Shown here: positions 1 to 8,380 of the stretch, one piece after another | How the letters are laid out: the number at the start of each line of letters is the position of its first letter | How positions within the stretch are numbered: the stretch's first letter is position 1 | NCBI GenBank assembly: GCA_049472315.1 | Contig: JBLIRN010000063.1 | Coordinates: 1 to 15,950 of the forward strand | DNA length: 15,950 nt | Reading direction: 5' to 3' | Origin: a bacterium | GTDB lineage: Bacteria; SZUA-182; DTGQ01; JAFGSM01 | Notes under the pieces: generated by a model | What the model was told of the DNA's origin: nothing | Seen by the model: the letters and a program-made list of their open reading frames with translations, nothing else | Database searches by the model: none | Made by a program: the position numbers and the translations under genes

Positions 1-231
1 GCATCATGTGATTGTAACGGTTCAACACATCCCACCCTATCAACCGAGCATGATCCGGAGAGCACCATGAAAAATGAACCATTATAAAACAGAAAATTGG
101 TGGAGAATTTTCGTCAAGGGCATTGGTAGTTATGAAAATCAAAAAGGCCTGCCCGTCGAGCGAAGTAAGCATGTATGCCACGTCGCGGACCAACGATACA
201 CAATGGGCATTGCCGTCGCCCTTGGTGCGGA

Positions 232-260
232 TTTACAGCATGGGACAGGTCTGGTATAGT
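232..260 (+). promoter_or_regulatory. sigma70-type promoter for the 296..1984 gene
   Basis: TTTACA (232-237), 17-nt spacer, TATAGT (255-260), with extended -10 TG at 252-253; 35 nt upstream of the ATG, which has GGAG elements just before it. Confidence 0.65.
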
Positions 261-295
261 AACCGGGTGTACGTGGTACATGTAAGGAGTGGAGC

Positions 296-1984
296 ATGAA
301 AGCGGGACTCTGTCGCAGGATCATGTCAATACGTGATCCGATCCCGGGTCGGTCACGGAATTCCCCTGTAACCAGGGGATCTCTTCGGGGATATTCCCTG
401 GTGATATGGGCATTGTGCCTTGCGCTGTCCCTTTCGGCGTGTGCGCCGACAATGCATGTGCGGGATTCCGCGAGGGCCAGAAATCTTGTTCCCAATCCGG
501 AATTTCGGGAGGACAGGGATGGTGACGGCTGCCCTGACGGCTGGAGCCATGGAATACCACTGGCTGGTGATTGGACCCCGAGTCGCTTCGGTAGCGGCGA
601 GTTTCGGGGCTCCGGCGCAATGGCACTATGGGTCGAAGGGGGAAATGACCGGCGGGGTGAGTGGTATTGCACGATTTCGGGCATCGAGCCGGATACGGAC
701 TATCTGCTTACCTTCTGGGCATATCGGCAGGTTTTTTTAAACAAGATATACCCGGAAGTGGAGATCATGGGAAGGTCCTTTCGCCTGGATAACCACTGCA
801 CCGCCCGGGGCTGGCAGTACTTCCGGATTCCCCTCCGGTCGGGACGGGGAATGCACGCCACTACCCTTTCGTTCATCAATCCCTATCCCCTGCGGTTCTA
901 TTTTCATGACCCCTGCCTGATCGAGATCGACAGTACCGTTAAACCGCTCTCCCCTCTTCGGGCAATCCCGATCCCCATGGGGGATTTTTTCCCCATCGGG
1001 ATCTACGGCGCACGCATTGAGGCATTACAGGAGATCCGGTCTGCAGGGTTCAACACGGTCCTTGTTTCACCCGGCGAGGAGATGGTCGCCGCCGCACAGG
1101 AGGTGGGATTAAAGGTGGTTCTCTCCCTATGTTCGGACGGGGACCCCTCGCGTGCGGTGCGGAAATTCCGAGACCACCCGGCCCTTCTTGCCTGGTATAT
1201 CGCGGATGAGCCGGAGCTGAAATCCATCACCCCTGAAATGCTCAGGGCGCATGCAGATCACGTGATGGCCTGGGACAGCACCCATCCCACCTGCATGGCG
1301 GTTGTCCGGCCGCGGTTCGTGAAACAGTACAGGGATGCGTGTCATATCGTTATGCTCGATCAGTATCCGATACCGAGCCAGCCGCTTACCTGGCTGAGCG
1401 ACAGCCTGGACGAGGCGTGCCGTGAGGTGGGCACAGAGCGGATATGGGCGGTGATCCAGGCATTCGGAGGGGATGAGTATGCCGCCCAGGGATGGCCGGT
1501 ATTCCCCACATACGATGAAATGCGCTCACTGGCCTATCTGGCGATTGTCCATGATGCCCAGGGATTATTCTTCTATTCCTACCGGTCCGCGCGTGCGGAA
1601 GGGGAACGATGGGAAATCCTTGCACGCGTGGCCGATGAGCTGCGCCGGCTTTCCGGATGGCTTCTCCAGTCGCCGCAGCACAGTGGGCTTTCCCTCACCA
1701 TACGATCACCCTTTACGGTGGATGCCATGGGGGACGCTGCGGTTCACTATCAATGGAAGGTCATGAAGGATGAAGGGCTTCTTGTCATGGTGAACACGAT
1801 CGATAAGGAGGTGAAAATCAGCCTGGATGGGTTGCCCCCGCATATCACCGGGGCTGCAGTACTCTTCGAGGATCGGAAGGTTGCGCTCAAGGAGGGAAAC
1901 CTGCGGGATGTGTTCGGCCCCCATCAGACCCACCTCTACCACATTGAGGGGATTGTATCCAGACATTCCGATGGGAATGGATAG
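296..1984 (+). CDS. putative lipoprotein with an N-terminal CBM4/9-like carbohydrate-binding domain and a clan GH-A-like TIM-barrel glycoside hydrolase-like domain
   Basis: 562-aa ORF. Hydrophobic stretch ending in lipobox LSAC; NLVPNPEF..DxDxDG..PDGW is a typical CBM4/9-like start; FFPIGIY..AGFNTV..GLKVV..HPALLAWYIADEP matches a GH-A-like barrel; beta-rich C-terminal domain. Start could be 296 or 323. Confidence 0.75.
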   Translation: MKAGLCRRIMSIRDPIPGRSRNSPVTRGSLRGYSLVIWALCLALSLSACAPTMHVRDSARARNLVPNPEFREDRDGDGCPDGWSHGIPLAGDWTPSRFGSGEFRGSGAMALWVEGGNDRRGEWYCTISGIEPDTDYLLTFWAYRQVFLNKIYPEVEIMGRSFRLDNHCTARGWQYFRIPLRSGRGMHATTLSFINPYPLRFYFHDPCLIEIDSTVKPLSPLRAIPIPMGDFFPIGIYGARIEALQEIRSAGFNTVLVSPGEEMVAAAQEVGLKVVLSLCSDGDPSRAVRKFRDHPALLAWYIADEPELKSITPEMLRAHADHVMAWDSTHPTCMAVVRPRFVKQYRDACHIVMLDQYPIPSQPLTWLSDSLDEACREVGTERIWAVIQAFGGDEYAAQGWPVFPTYDEMRSLAYLAIVHDAQGLFFYSYRSARAEGERWEILARVADELRRLSGWLLQSPQHSGLSLTIRSPFTVDAMGDAAVHYQWKVMKDEGLLVMVNTIDKEVKISLDGLPPHITGAAVLFEDRKVALKEGNLRDVFGPHQTHLYHIEGIVSRHSDGNG

Positions 1985-2005
1985 GATAAAGGGGGGGCGC
2001 TCGCC

Positions 2006-4150
2006 CTATAATCCCCTGCAGAACACGCGGAAGTCCATGTCCTGAGAAAAGATGGTGTTGGCGTCCTCGAGGGTCTTGAGGAATGTTTCGTCTATTGTCC
2101 CTGCCTGTACCTGATGTAAGAGTTCCTTTGCCCAGGTTAGATGCCTGACCGTGCGCATCTCCGAATAGCGCACCGCCTGCCCAGTTTGAATCAGAAACCC
2201 CCAGTCGCTGCTCTGGGCAAGAAAGAATTCACGGGCGGCCTGGTTAAGTGCCCTCCTCTCAATCCCCTCTGCATTACGGTGCTCGGACGCGATATTGATG
2301 AGCCGGTCAAGTATTTTGAACACATGGCGGTAGATCCAGGTATTGGGCTGGTAGGCCCTGCCCTCCAGCCAGGTGGAAAAATAATCCTCGTTGCCCCATG
2401 AGGAGATCCCCGGCATCAATCGCTGATGATGACGATACTGGAAGAGGTATTCCGCAGGGGTTACCGGCCTGACCGTTGCCTGATCAAAGAGCATCTTGCG
2501 AAAGACCATCTCTATCCAGGATGGCCCCTCCTCCCACCAGTGTCCGAAGAGCTCCCCGTCGTATGCGGAGAAGATGATCGGGCAGCGGTTATACTTCTGG
2601 TGAAGGTTGAGGGCCTGAAGTCCCCTGAAATAGACAAATTGCCCCGCGTGCTCATTGACGGCCTCCGCGGCCCATTCGGGGTGGTAGTATTCCTTTTCAT
2701 GCAGGGGGAGCTTTTTTCCGGTGACCCGGTGGTATTTCAGTCCCGTATTCCGTCTGACATTGGCGGCCTTGAAATAGTCGGGCAGGTAGTCCCAGTCCGC
2801 CTCATATCCAACATCCTTGTACCACTCCTTGTAGCGCCCGTCACCCGGATACCCGTGGTCCCTGGACCACACCTGGGATTTTGTCTCCTCGTCGATGCCG
2901 AAAACGGCCAAACCGTTCTGGGTAATCACCGGGGCGAAAACATCAAAGAAGGGCATAGTGTCCGCCTGGCGGATGCCGTGGGTGTTGACCACGGTCCATT
3001 TGATCCCCTGTTCGCTCATGTAGGCGTCAAGTCCCGGGCAAAAGGCATTCTCAGGGAGCCACATCCCCCGGGGCCAACAGCCGAACACCCGCTGGTATTG
3101 ACGAATCGCAATCTGTATCTGTGCCCGTATGGCCTCCGGATAGTGCATATAGAAGGGAAGAATCGCATGGGTGGCAGGACAGGCACATATCTCGATCTTG
3201 CCCATGTTCTGAAAGTCACGGAATCCGCGGGTCAGGTCCCCTTCATAGGCATCGAACACCTCTTTTGCCTTGTGGAGCCTGGCCATGGTAATCTCGAGGG
3301 TATGACGAAAGGGTTTGCCTGCAGAGTTGTCATATTCCTTTTCTGCAAAACGGATGACCTCGGCGATATGACGGCGGTACCGGTCCTGGAGGAGGGGGTC
3401 TTGGAACATGCTGATCAGCGGCGGCGACAGGGAAAGGGTGAGACGAAAATCTATCCCTTCCCTTTCCAAATTCCAGAACATGGACAGTAATTGGCTATAA
3501 ACTGCGGTGATGGCCTCGAAGAGCCACTGTTCCTCGAGTGAAACCTCATATTCGGGATGCCGAATGAAGGGGAGATGGTTGTGGAGCAATAGCACCCAGT
3601 ATCCCTGCTCGGGAGGCTGGTTTAGTGCCCTGCCTTCACGCCACAATTTATACTGGTTGAAGCGCCACCGGTTCTCGCTGACGGGAATCTCAACGGGAAG
3701 GCATTCACAGTTTATTTCCGCCCACTCCGCATATTTTTCCTCCTGTTCCGGGAAATCCTTCGGCATGCGGAAACGATTGGACCGGGCCACCATTTCGAAA
3801 AAGTTCGTTCCCTTCGCCTTGTAGCCGAGCTCACAAATGTATTCGTGATCCGGAGAAAGCTCCACCCAGTAGTCATTTTTATCGGCGATGTAATCATCGA
3901 TCTCGAACAGATGATTGTAGTTGAACCCGTTGAAATCGCCCTGCCCGTTTATTTGATACACCCGGAGCACCAGGTGGTTATTGGAGAGGAAGTCATCCCC
4001 GAATGTCTTTTTCAGGTGGTTTTTGGTTCCCTCACCTACCTCGAAAAGGGCATAGGCGAAACGCGGGTCCTTCGGGAGCGCCCAGATATAGGTCTCGTTG
4101 TAATAGTTATCCAGAAAAGGCTCTTCCTTGAGGATATCGAGATTGGTCAT
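2006..4150 (-). CDS. DUF4912 domain fused to a GH57 1,4-alpha-glucan branching enzyme (with DUF1957-type C-terminal domain)
   Basis: GH57 motifs HNHLPF, WLFEAI, WLPE (nucleophile), YDGELFGHWWEEG (acid/base), SSWG, LAQSSDW. The N-terminal ~130 aa (YNET..ALPKDP..LVLRVY..YICELG..VARSN..P) match DUF4912. Confidence 0.9.
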   Translation of the reverse strand: MTNLDILKEEPFLDNYYNETYIWALPKDPRFAYALFEVGEGTKNHLKKTFGDDFLSNNHLVLRVYQINGQGDFNGFNYNHLFEIDDYIADKNDYWVELSPDHEYICELGYKAKGTNFFEMVARSNRFRMPKDFPEQEEKYAEWAEINCECLPVEIPVSENRWRFNQYKLWREGRALNQPPEQGYWVLLLHNHLPFIRHPEYEVSLEEQWLFEAITAVYSQLLSMFWNLEREGIDFRLTLSLSPPLISMFQDPLLQDRYRRHIAEVIRFAEKEYDNSAGKPFRHTLEITMARLHKAKEVFDAYEGDLTRGFRDFQNMGKIEICACPATHAILPFYMHYPEAIRAQIQIAIRQYQRVFGCWPRGMWLPENAFCPGLDAYMSEQGIKWTVVNTHGIRQADTMPFFDVFAPVITQNGLAVFGIDEETKSQVWSRDHGYPGDGRYKEWYKDVGYEADWDYLPDYFKAANVRRNTGLKYHRVTGKKLPLHEKEYYHPEWAAEAVNEHAGQFVYFRGLQALNLHQKYNRCPIIFSAYDGELFGHWWEEGPSWIEMVFRKMLFDQATVRPVTPAEYLFQYRHHQRLMPGISSWGNEDYFSTWLEGRAYQPNTWIYRHVFKILDRLINIASEHRNAEGIERRALNQAAREFFLAQSSDWGFLIQTGQAVRYSEMRTVRHLTWAKELLHQVQAGTIDETFLKTLEDANTIFSQDMDFRVFCRGL

Positions 4151-4171
4151 GGATGATGTTTCAGCCAGCGG

Positions 4172-5566
4172 TTACGATTTGTTTTTCAACGCACGGCCCG
4201 GCATTGATTGATAGATGGCCTCGATCTTGTGAGCAATCGCTTCCCATGTATAGTGTTCCTGGATTTCTTCCCAGCCCCTTTGGGCAACCTCACGACCCTT
4301 GCCCCAGTCAAACAGCACTCTCTCTATTCCCCAGACCACGGAATTGGGATTGTCGTAGATGAGGATCCCGTTCTCTTCATGCCGTATAAGTCCGCAGGAC
4401 CCCGCGTGGGTGGCGACCACAGGCTTCTTGGCACCCCATGAGGCCAATACTTGAAAGGGATTGATGTTTGTCCTGCTGGGTACTATCACGATGTCAGCCG
4501 CCTGAAAGAGTTCCTCCAATTCGGTCCCCTCTTTATGCCCGACCATCCGGATTGCATGCTCATAGAGGAGATAGTGGGCCTTGATGCGTACGGTCCACTC
4601 GAGCTCACCGCTGCCCACCATGAGAAAACGGACCTGGGGGGTATTTTTCAACACTGCAGGAATGGCGTCGGCAAGGATATCCGGGCCGAACGTATAATCG
4701 AATCCACCTACGAAGAGGACAAGCGGGTCAAGCGGCCACAGATCGTATTTCTTTTTGATCTCTCCCGGGTCATTGATCCCTTGGAATCGCTGCCAATCGA
4801 ACGGCTCATGGATGATGGGAAGCTTGTGGTCAGGGATGTCGAAACGGTTCATGATCTCTGACCGCAGCCCCTGATCGAAACAAACGATGCTGTCACTCAT
4901 CGCAATCAGTTCCTGCTCGGCGACGCGCTGTTGTTCAGCGAACTCGTCATCAGACTCGAAGGGGATTTCCTGTTGTTGGAGGGTCAGCACAAATCTGCGG
5001 CTCAGACCGTTGTGAAGGTTTTTGACCGCCTTGACCGGTTGCCAATTATAGCAATGGATTACATCGAACGGCATCCCTTTCGCCTCGATCTTTTTGATAC
5101 GTTCGAGGATTTTATTGGCAAATACCGTTGCGCCTCTTGCCGGCGACAGGGAATCATCGATTGAAATCCGATGGCAGTGGACGCCATCGATGATTTCATG
5201 AGTGCTATCACCCTTCCGCCCGCGGGCAAACACGTGGACTTCGTGGCCGGCCTTTGCCAGTTCGGTTGAAAGTATCGAGACAGAAGAAGATGTCAGCCCA
5301 TCGGAGACCGCCAGGAGGTGATCCCAGGTTAAAAGCGCGATTCTTTGTTTCCTCTTTACGGCAGGCCTGGATTTTGTTCTCTCCACGCCCTTTTTGCGAA
5401 TGGTCTTGAAAGTCCCCGGTAATGGTTCCTCCTTGGCGGGTGATTTTATGAGGGTGAGATGGCTGATATTCGGTCGGTAGCCCCCCTTTTTCTTGCTTAT
5501 GGGGAGCCTGTTGTGGACCGGCTCATGAGCTGAGTTGAACCCCTCTCTCGATTCCTCCATACCCAT
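4172..5566 (-). CDS. glycosyltransferase family 4 (GT-B fold) protein, catalytic motifs degenerate, with a Lys/Arg-rich N-terminal extension
   Basis: ELAKAGHEVHVF, FDVIHC, VLFVG, FLMVGSG, ADIVIVPSR, KPVVAT, ENGIL, YTWEAIA are GT4 scaffold motifs; RBS GGAGG 5 nt before the ATG; 21-nt gap to the GH57 gene. Confidence 0.85.
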   Translation of the reverse strand: MGMEESREGFNSAHEPVHNRLPISKKKGGYRPNISHLTLIKSPAKEEPLPGTFKTIRKKGVERTKSRPAVKRKQRIALLTWDHLLAVSDGLTSSSVSILSTELAKAGHEVHVFARGRKGDSTHEIIDGVHCHRISIDDSLSPARGATVFANKILERIKKIEAKGMPFDVIHCYNWQPVKAVKNLHNGLSRRFVLTLQQQEIPFESDDEFAEQQRVAEQELIAMSDSIVCFDQGLRSEIMNRFDIPDHKLPIIHEPFDWQRFQGINDPGEIKKKYDLWPLDPLVLFVGGFDYTFGPDILADAIPAVLKNTPQVRFLMVGSGELEWTVRIKAHYLLYEHAIRMVGHKEGTELEELFQAADIVIVPSRTNINPFQVLASWGAKKPVVATHAGSCGLIRHEENGILIYDNPNSVVWGIERVLFDWGKGREVAQRGWEEIQEHYTWEAIAHKIEAIYQSMPGRALKNKS

Positions 5567-6077
5567 GGCTTCCTCCGGATAATCTTTATAATTAATGAGT
5601 TATAACGAGCAACGCTGACGCGCCATTCGATTTTTGGATGGTATCCCGATAATAAAGATACATACGTAGAATAAAACAACAGAGTGAAAAAAGCAAATCA
5701 ATCGTTCGCGATTCAGATCGATTCTTGACCATTGTGATGAAGGTGAGGCGGCTGAATGAGAGAGAGGGAATCGGCCTTTGAGCAGGCACAAGGGATACAT
5801 GGAATCAGGGCAATGGCTCCGTGGCCAACGAGAAACAGTCATGGAGAAAATCCGAATAATGGCATTGGTTGCAGGCAGAGCAAGGTCTTTGGGGGGAGGA
5901 GAACAGGACGGCGCAGGTGAGAATATTCTGAAAAAAGATGCAGATTTACAAAGGAAGATGAATCTTTATGCAGTGCTTTGCAAGAAAGGGTAGGGCTTGT
6001 TAAGGTGGTTTTGGTAAAATATTACGCTTAATAATATAAAAATATAATTTAATATTAAATAGCAATAATATTTATTT

Positions 6078-6094
6078 TTGGCATCAATATTGCT
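6078..6094 (+). promoter_or_regulatory. sigma54 (RpoN) -24/-12 promoter
   Basis: TTGGCATCAATATTGCT: GG (6080-81), N10, GC (6092-93), close to consensus TGGCAC-N5-TTGCW; embedded in a very AT-rich tract (about 6015-6145). Confidence 0.75.
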
Positions 6095-6154
6095 TATTGT
6101 TCAATAATGAATTTATTTTAGTGTTGTTATTTTAAAGTTATTATTGGGGGGGAT

Positions 6155-6538
6155 ATGAAGTACAATCCTTACGGACATCCGGTCCGCACGGGGCGCCTGG
6201 GTTTCTATGTCGCCGGGCACCATTGGTCCAGGTGGAGGATTGTTCTGACCCTCCTGTGCATACTGACAATCCTTATCATAGTGGATGCAAAGGAGTATGC
6301 GCGGTGTAATCACATCTATCCTGACGAGATCCTGGATCTGCGATTCAGCATTCGTTCAGATGCCGAGATCTCCAAAAATCCCGAATTGCACAATGATTCG
6401 CCATCAGTCTTCTATGCTGAGGATTACCGTCAGTCCAGCCTTATTCATGTTCCCATGAGGGGATATGTCCCCGTCAAAAACTCCTACATTTTAACCGCCA
6501 AGGGGAGACTCTTCTCATTTCATCGCTATAATTCGTGA
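6155..6538 (+). CDS. hypothetical small protein with one N-terminal transmembrane or signal segment
   Basis: 127-aa ORF with a G-run RBS before the ATG and hydrophobic IVLTLLCILTILIIV; lies directly downstream of the sigma54 promoter; no family recognised. Confidence 0.5.
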   Translation: MKYNPYGHPVRTGRLGFYVAGHHWSRWRIVLTLLCILTILIIVDAKEYARCNHIYPDEILDLRFSIRSDAEISKNPELHNDSPSVFYAEDYRQSSLIHVPMRGYVPVKNSYILTAKGRLFSFHRYNS

Positions 6539-6631
6539 ATCATCCGCGACTATTCTAAAAGGGAATACCTTACCTGCGTGTAACTGTATAGGTTGTTTAC
6601 GTATGTCATGTCTGAAGAACAGGGGGAAAAC

Positions 6632-7426
6632 GTGAGAGCAATACGAATCCTTAAGGAAAATCATACGCATCCGTGTATTCAAACAAAACATGTATGTGCA
6701 TTGCTATGTATCATCCTGTGCCTATACGGGAGGGCCGCCTTTGGGCAACTGCCTCCTTATGCGCCCTATGTACAGAACCCGCTGCCGTTGTTGACAAACC
6801 TGACCATAAATCCTGCTGCCCAGTCGGGGGTATATGCACGGTCCTTCTCTCCTTTTGCATGGATTAATCCCGCCCTCAGCCTGTATAATCCGTGGACGTC
6901 CTTCGGGGGGTATGGGGTGGTTGATCGATCATTCTGGTATCCCCAGGCCAGCATCGCCGGCAGCCTTGCTCCCTTTGCGAGCACCCTTGCCAGCCCCTTT
7001 GCAAGTCCTTTTGTAAGCCCCTTTGCCAGTCCATATAGTGCAGCGGCACTCTACTACGCCGCGGCTGTCACTGCTGACGTATCCGGTGCCTGGACCGGGG
7101 TATGGACGAGCACCTATCTGGCCGGAGGTGTCACCACCGGTGATCTGAGCATTACCCTCGTCCAGTCGGGAACCACTGTCACCGGCACCGTTGCCTTTTT
7201 TCTGAACAAGATCCTGAAATTCGGGGCTGATGTGGCAGGAAGCGTGGACGTGAATACGCTGACCCTGACCAGCACGGTCATACCAAGTGCGGGAGGGACG
7301 AAGAGCTTTGATGTGACCATCACGGCGACCGTCACCGACACCAGCATGAAGGGGACCTACATCGCCATCAATAACGTTACAGGCAATATTGCCGAAGAGG
7401 GGACATTCACCGCAACGAGGCTCTGA
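6632..7426 (+). CDS. secreted protein: signal peptide, Pro/aromatic-rich low-complexity region and C-terminal beta-barrel-like domain (paralog of 14401..15210)
   Basis: ORF track starts at TTG 6593, but in-frame GTG 6632 has RBS AGGGGG 5 nt upstream. Signal ends AFG|Q; the C-terminal domain begins SGAWTGVWTSTY and has alternating Thr/hydrophobic strands. Confidence 0.8.
   Translation: MRAIRILKENHTHPCIQTKHVCALLCIILCLYGRAAFGQLPPYAPYVQNPLPLLTNLTINPAAQSGVYARSFSPFAWINPALSLYNPWTSFGGYGVVDRSFWYPQASIAGSLAPFASTLASPFASPFVSPFASPYSAAALYYAAAVTADVSGAWTGVWTSTYLAGGVTTGDLSITLVQSGTTVTGTVAFFLNKILKFGADVAGSVDVNTLTLTSTVIPSAGGTKSFDVTITATVTDTSMKGTYIAINNVTGNIAEEGTFTATRL
6968..7039 (+). repeat. degenerate 12-bp coding tandem repeat (APFA STLA SPFA SPFV SPFA SPYS)
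   Basis: six tetrapeptide units, DNA consensus about AGC CCC TTT GCC with diverged wobble positions. Confidence 0.75.
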
Positions 7427-7450
7427 TGCCCCGGAGGCGTTTATCGATAT

Positions 7451-7491
7451 ACGGGGGCATACGCAATCACTATGCCCCCGTTCCCTCTCTT
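7451..7491 (+). terminator. putative intrinsic terminator after 6632..7426
   Basis: 11-bp perfect stem ACGGGGGCATA (7451-61) / TATGCCCCCGT (7471-81), 9-nt loop, pyrimidine-rich tail. Confidence 0.65.
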
Positions 7492-7701
7492 GTATACGTC
7501 ATCTTCCGGAAGACCGGAAAGGGATTTGTTATCACCGCACATTTCTCGATCATGAGGTGGCCGGCGAATGCCGCAGCAATACGCACCTCAAGTCGATGAG
7601 CCATTTGCCAGCGTTTATGTGTTTGATTTTTCCCAGGTGTTGATCTATTATTGAGATGAATCGAGGCATGTAGTAAGCCTTTCATCGCAGGTCTCATATG
7701 T

Positions 7702-7777
7702 GCGCCCGTAGCTCAGGGGATAGAGCGCAGCGCTCCGGACGCTGAAGTCGAAGGTTCAAGTCCTTCCGGGCGTACCA
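7702..7777 (+). tRNA. tRNA-Arg (anticodon CCG)
   Basis: Cloverleaf: acceptor GCGCCCG/CGGGCGT, D stem GCTC/GAGC, anticodon stem CAGCG/CGCTG with loop CT-CCG-GA, T stem GAAGG/CCTTC with loop TTCAAGT, discriminator A and encoded CCA; 76 nt. Confidence 0.97.
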
Positions 7778-8026
7778 TTTCTTGTATCGTACGTCATACG
7801 CCACATCTTTTGTAACTCATCGACACCACCTGAACCCGGGTTCCCTGCCCTTTTTGTTGGGCTGTCCGGGGAGGTTTTTTTGCCCAGGTACTGAATGGGG
7901 CATCTGGTGTGCAATCGCGAAGGGGTGAGGTTCATTTTTGATCAATTGATCATTCCGTTGTGAAGATGGGATTAAGGACATCTTAAGGCGGTCTTCATGC
8001 AAAAGATTTGATTTTTGCCCTGATTA

Positions 8027-8053
8027 GTATTACCAAATTTAAATTCGTAACAT
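8027..8053. promoter_or_regulatory. NikR-like operator palindrome
   Basis: GTATTAC-N13(AT-rich)-GTAACAT, resembling the GT(G/A)TTAC-N13-GTAA(C/T)AC geometry of deltaproteobacterial/archaeal NikR sites. Confidence 0.55.
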
Positions 8054-8380
8054 TTCTGTCATGATATATGCATACGCTCGATTGAGAGCAACCGGGACCA
8101 CATACGCGTTATTCCGGCGATTCCAGCTTGAGATCTGCCTGACGGAGTCAATTGCCGCCCGAAAGGTATTGGGAGGGGATGATCAGGAAATGCACAGGTG
8201 TGAGAAGGGCCTTGCTTGAGCTTACTGCGTGCTTTCGAAGGTTCAATGGAAGGGTATAGGAGGAAAATCAAGGAACCTGCGATGAGGAGGCCATTTCTTG
8301 TACCATCAATGAGAAGCTTTATCCCATACTGGCGGTGAAGGAATGAATATTCGAATAAGGGGATTTTAGAGGGTGATACC

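Noticed and set aside
2426..3490. 354-aa plus-strand ORF
   Set aside because: Lies entirely antisense to the well-supported GH57 gene and has no motifs; a typical shadow ORF in GC-rich DNA. The same applies to the many short ORFs opposite the other long genes
5619..5635. Sigma54-like TGGCGCG...TTGC on the minus strand upstream of the GT4 gene
   Set aside because: GG-to-GC spacing is 12 nt, not the strict 10
5592..5993. Short ORFs in the divergent intergenic region (5592..5789, 5600..5842, 5778..5993)
   Set aside because: No recognisable motifs and weak or no RBS; the region is better explained as regulatory DNA
7702..8000. tRNA-Arg as an integration site for a genomic island
   Set aside because: No integrase or transposase, and I saw no duplicate of the tRNA 3' end in the window
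8055..8380. Cobalamin or other riboswitch in the methyltransferase leader
   Set aside because: No B12-box or other riboswitch consensus recognisable by eye; an Rfam scan would be needed
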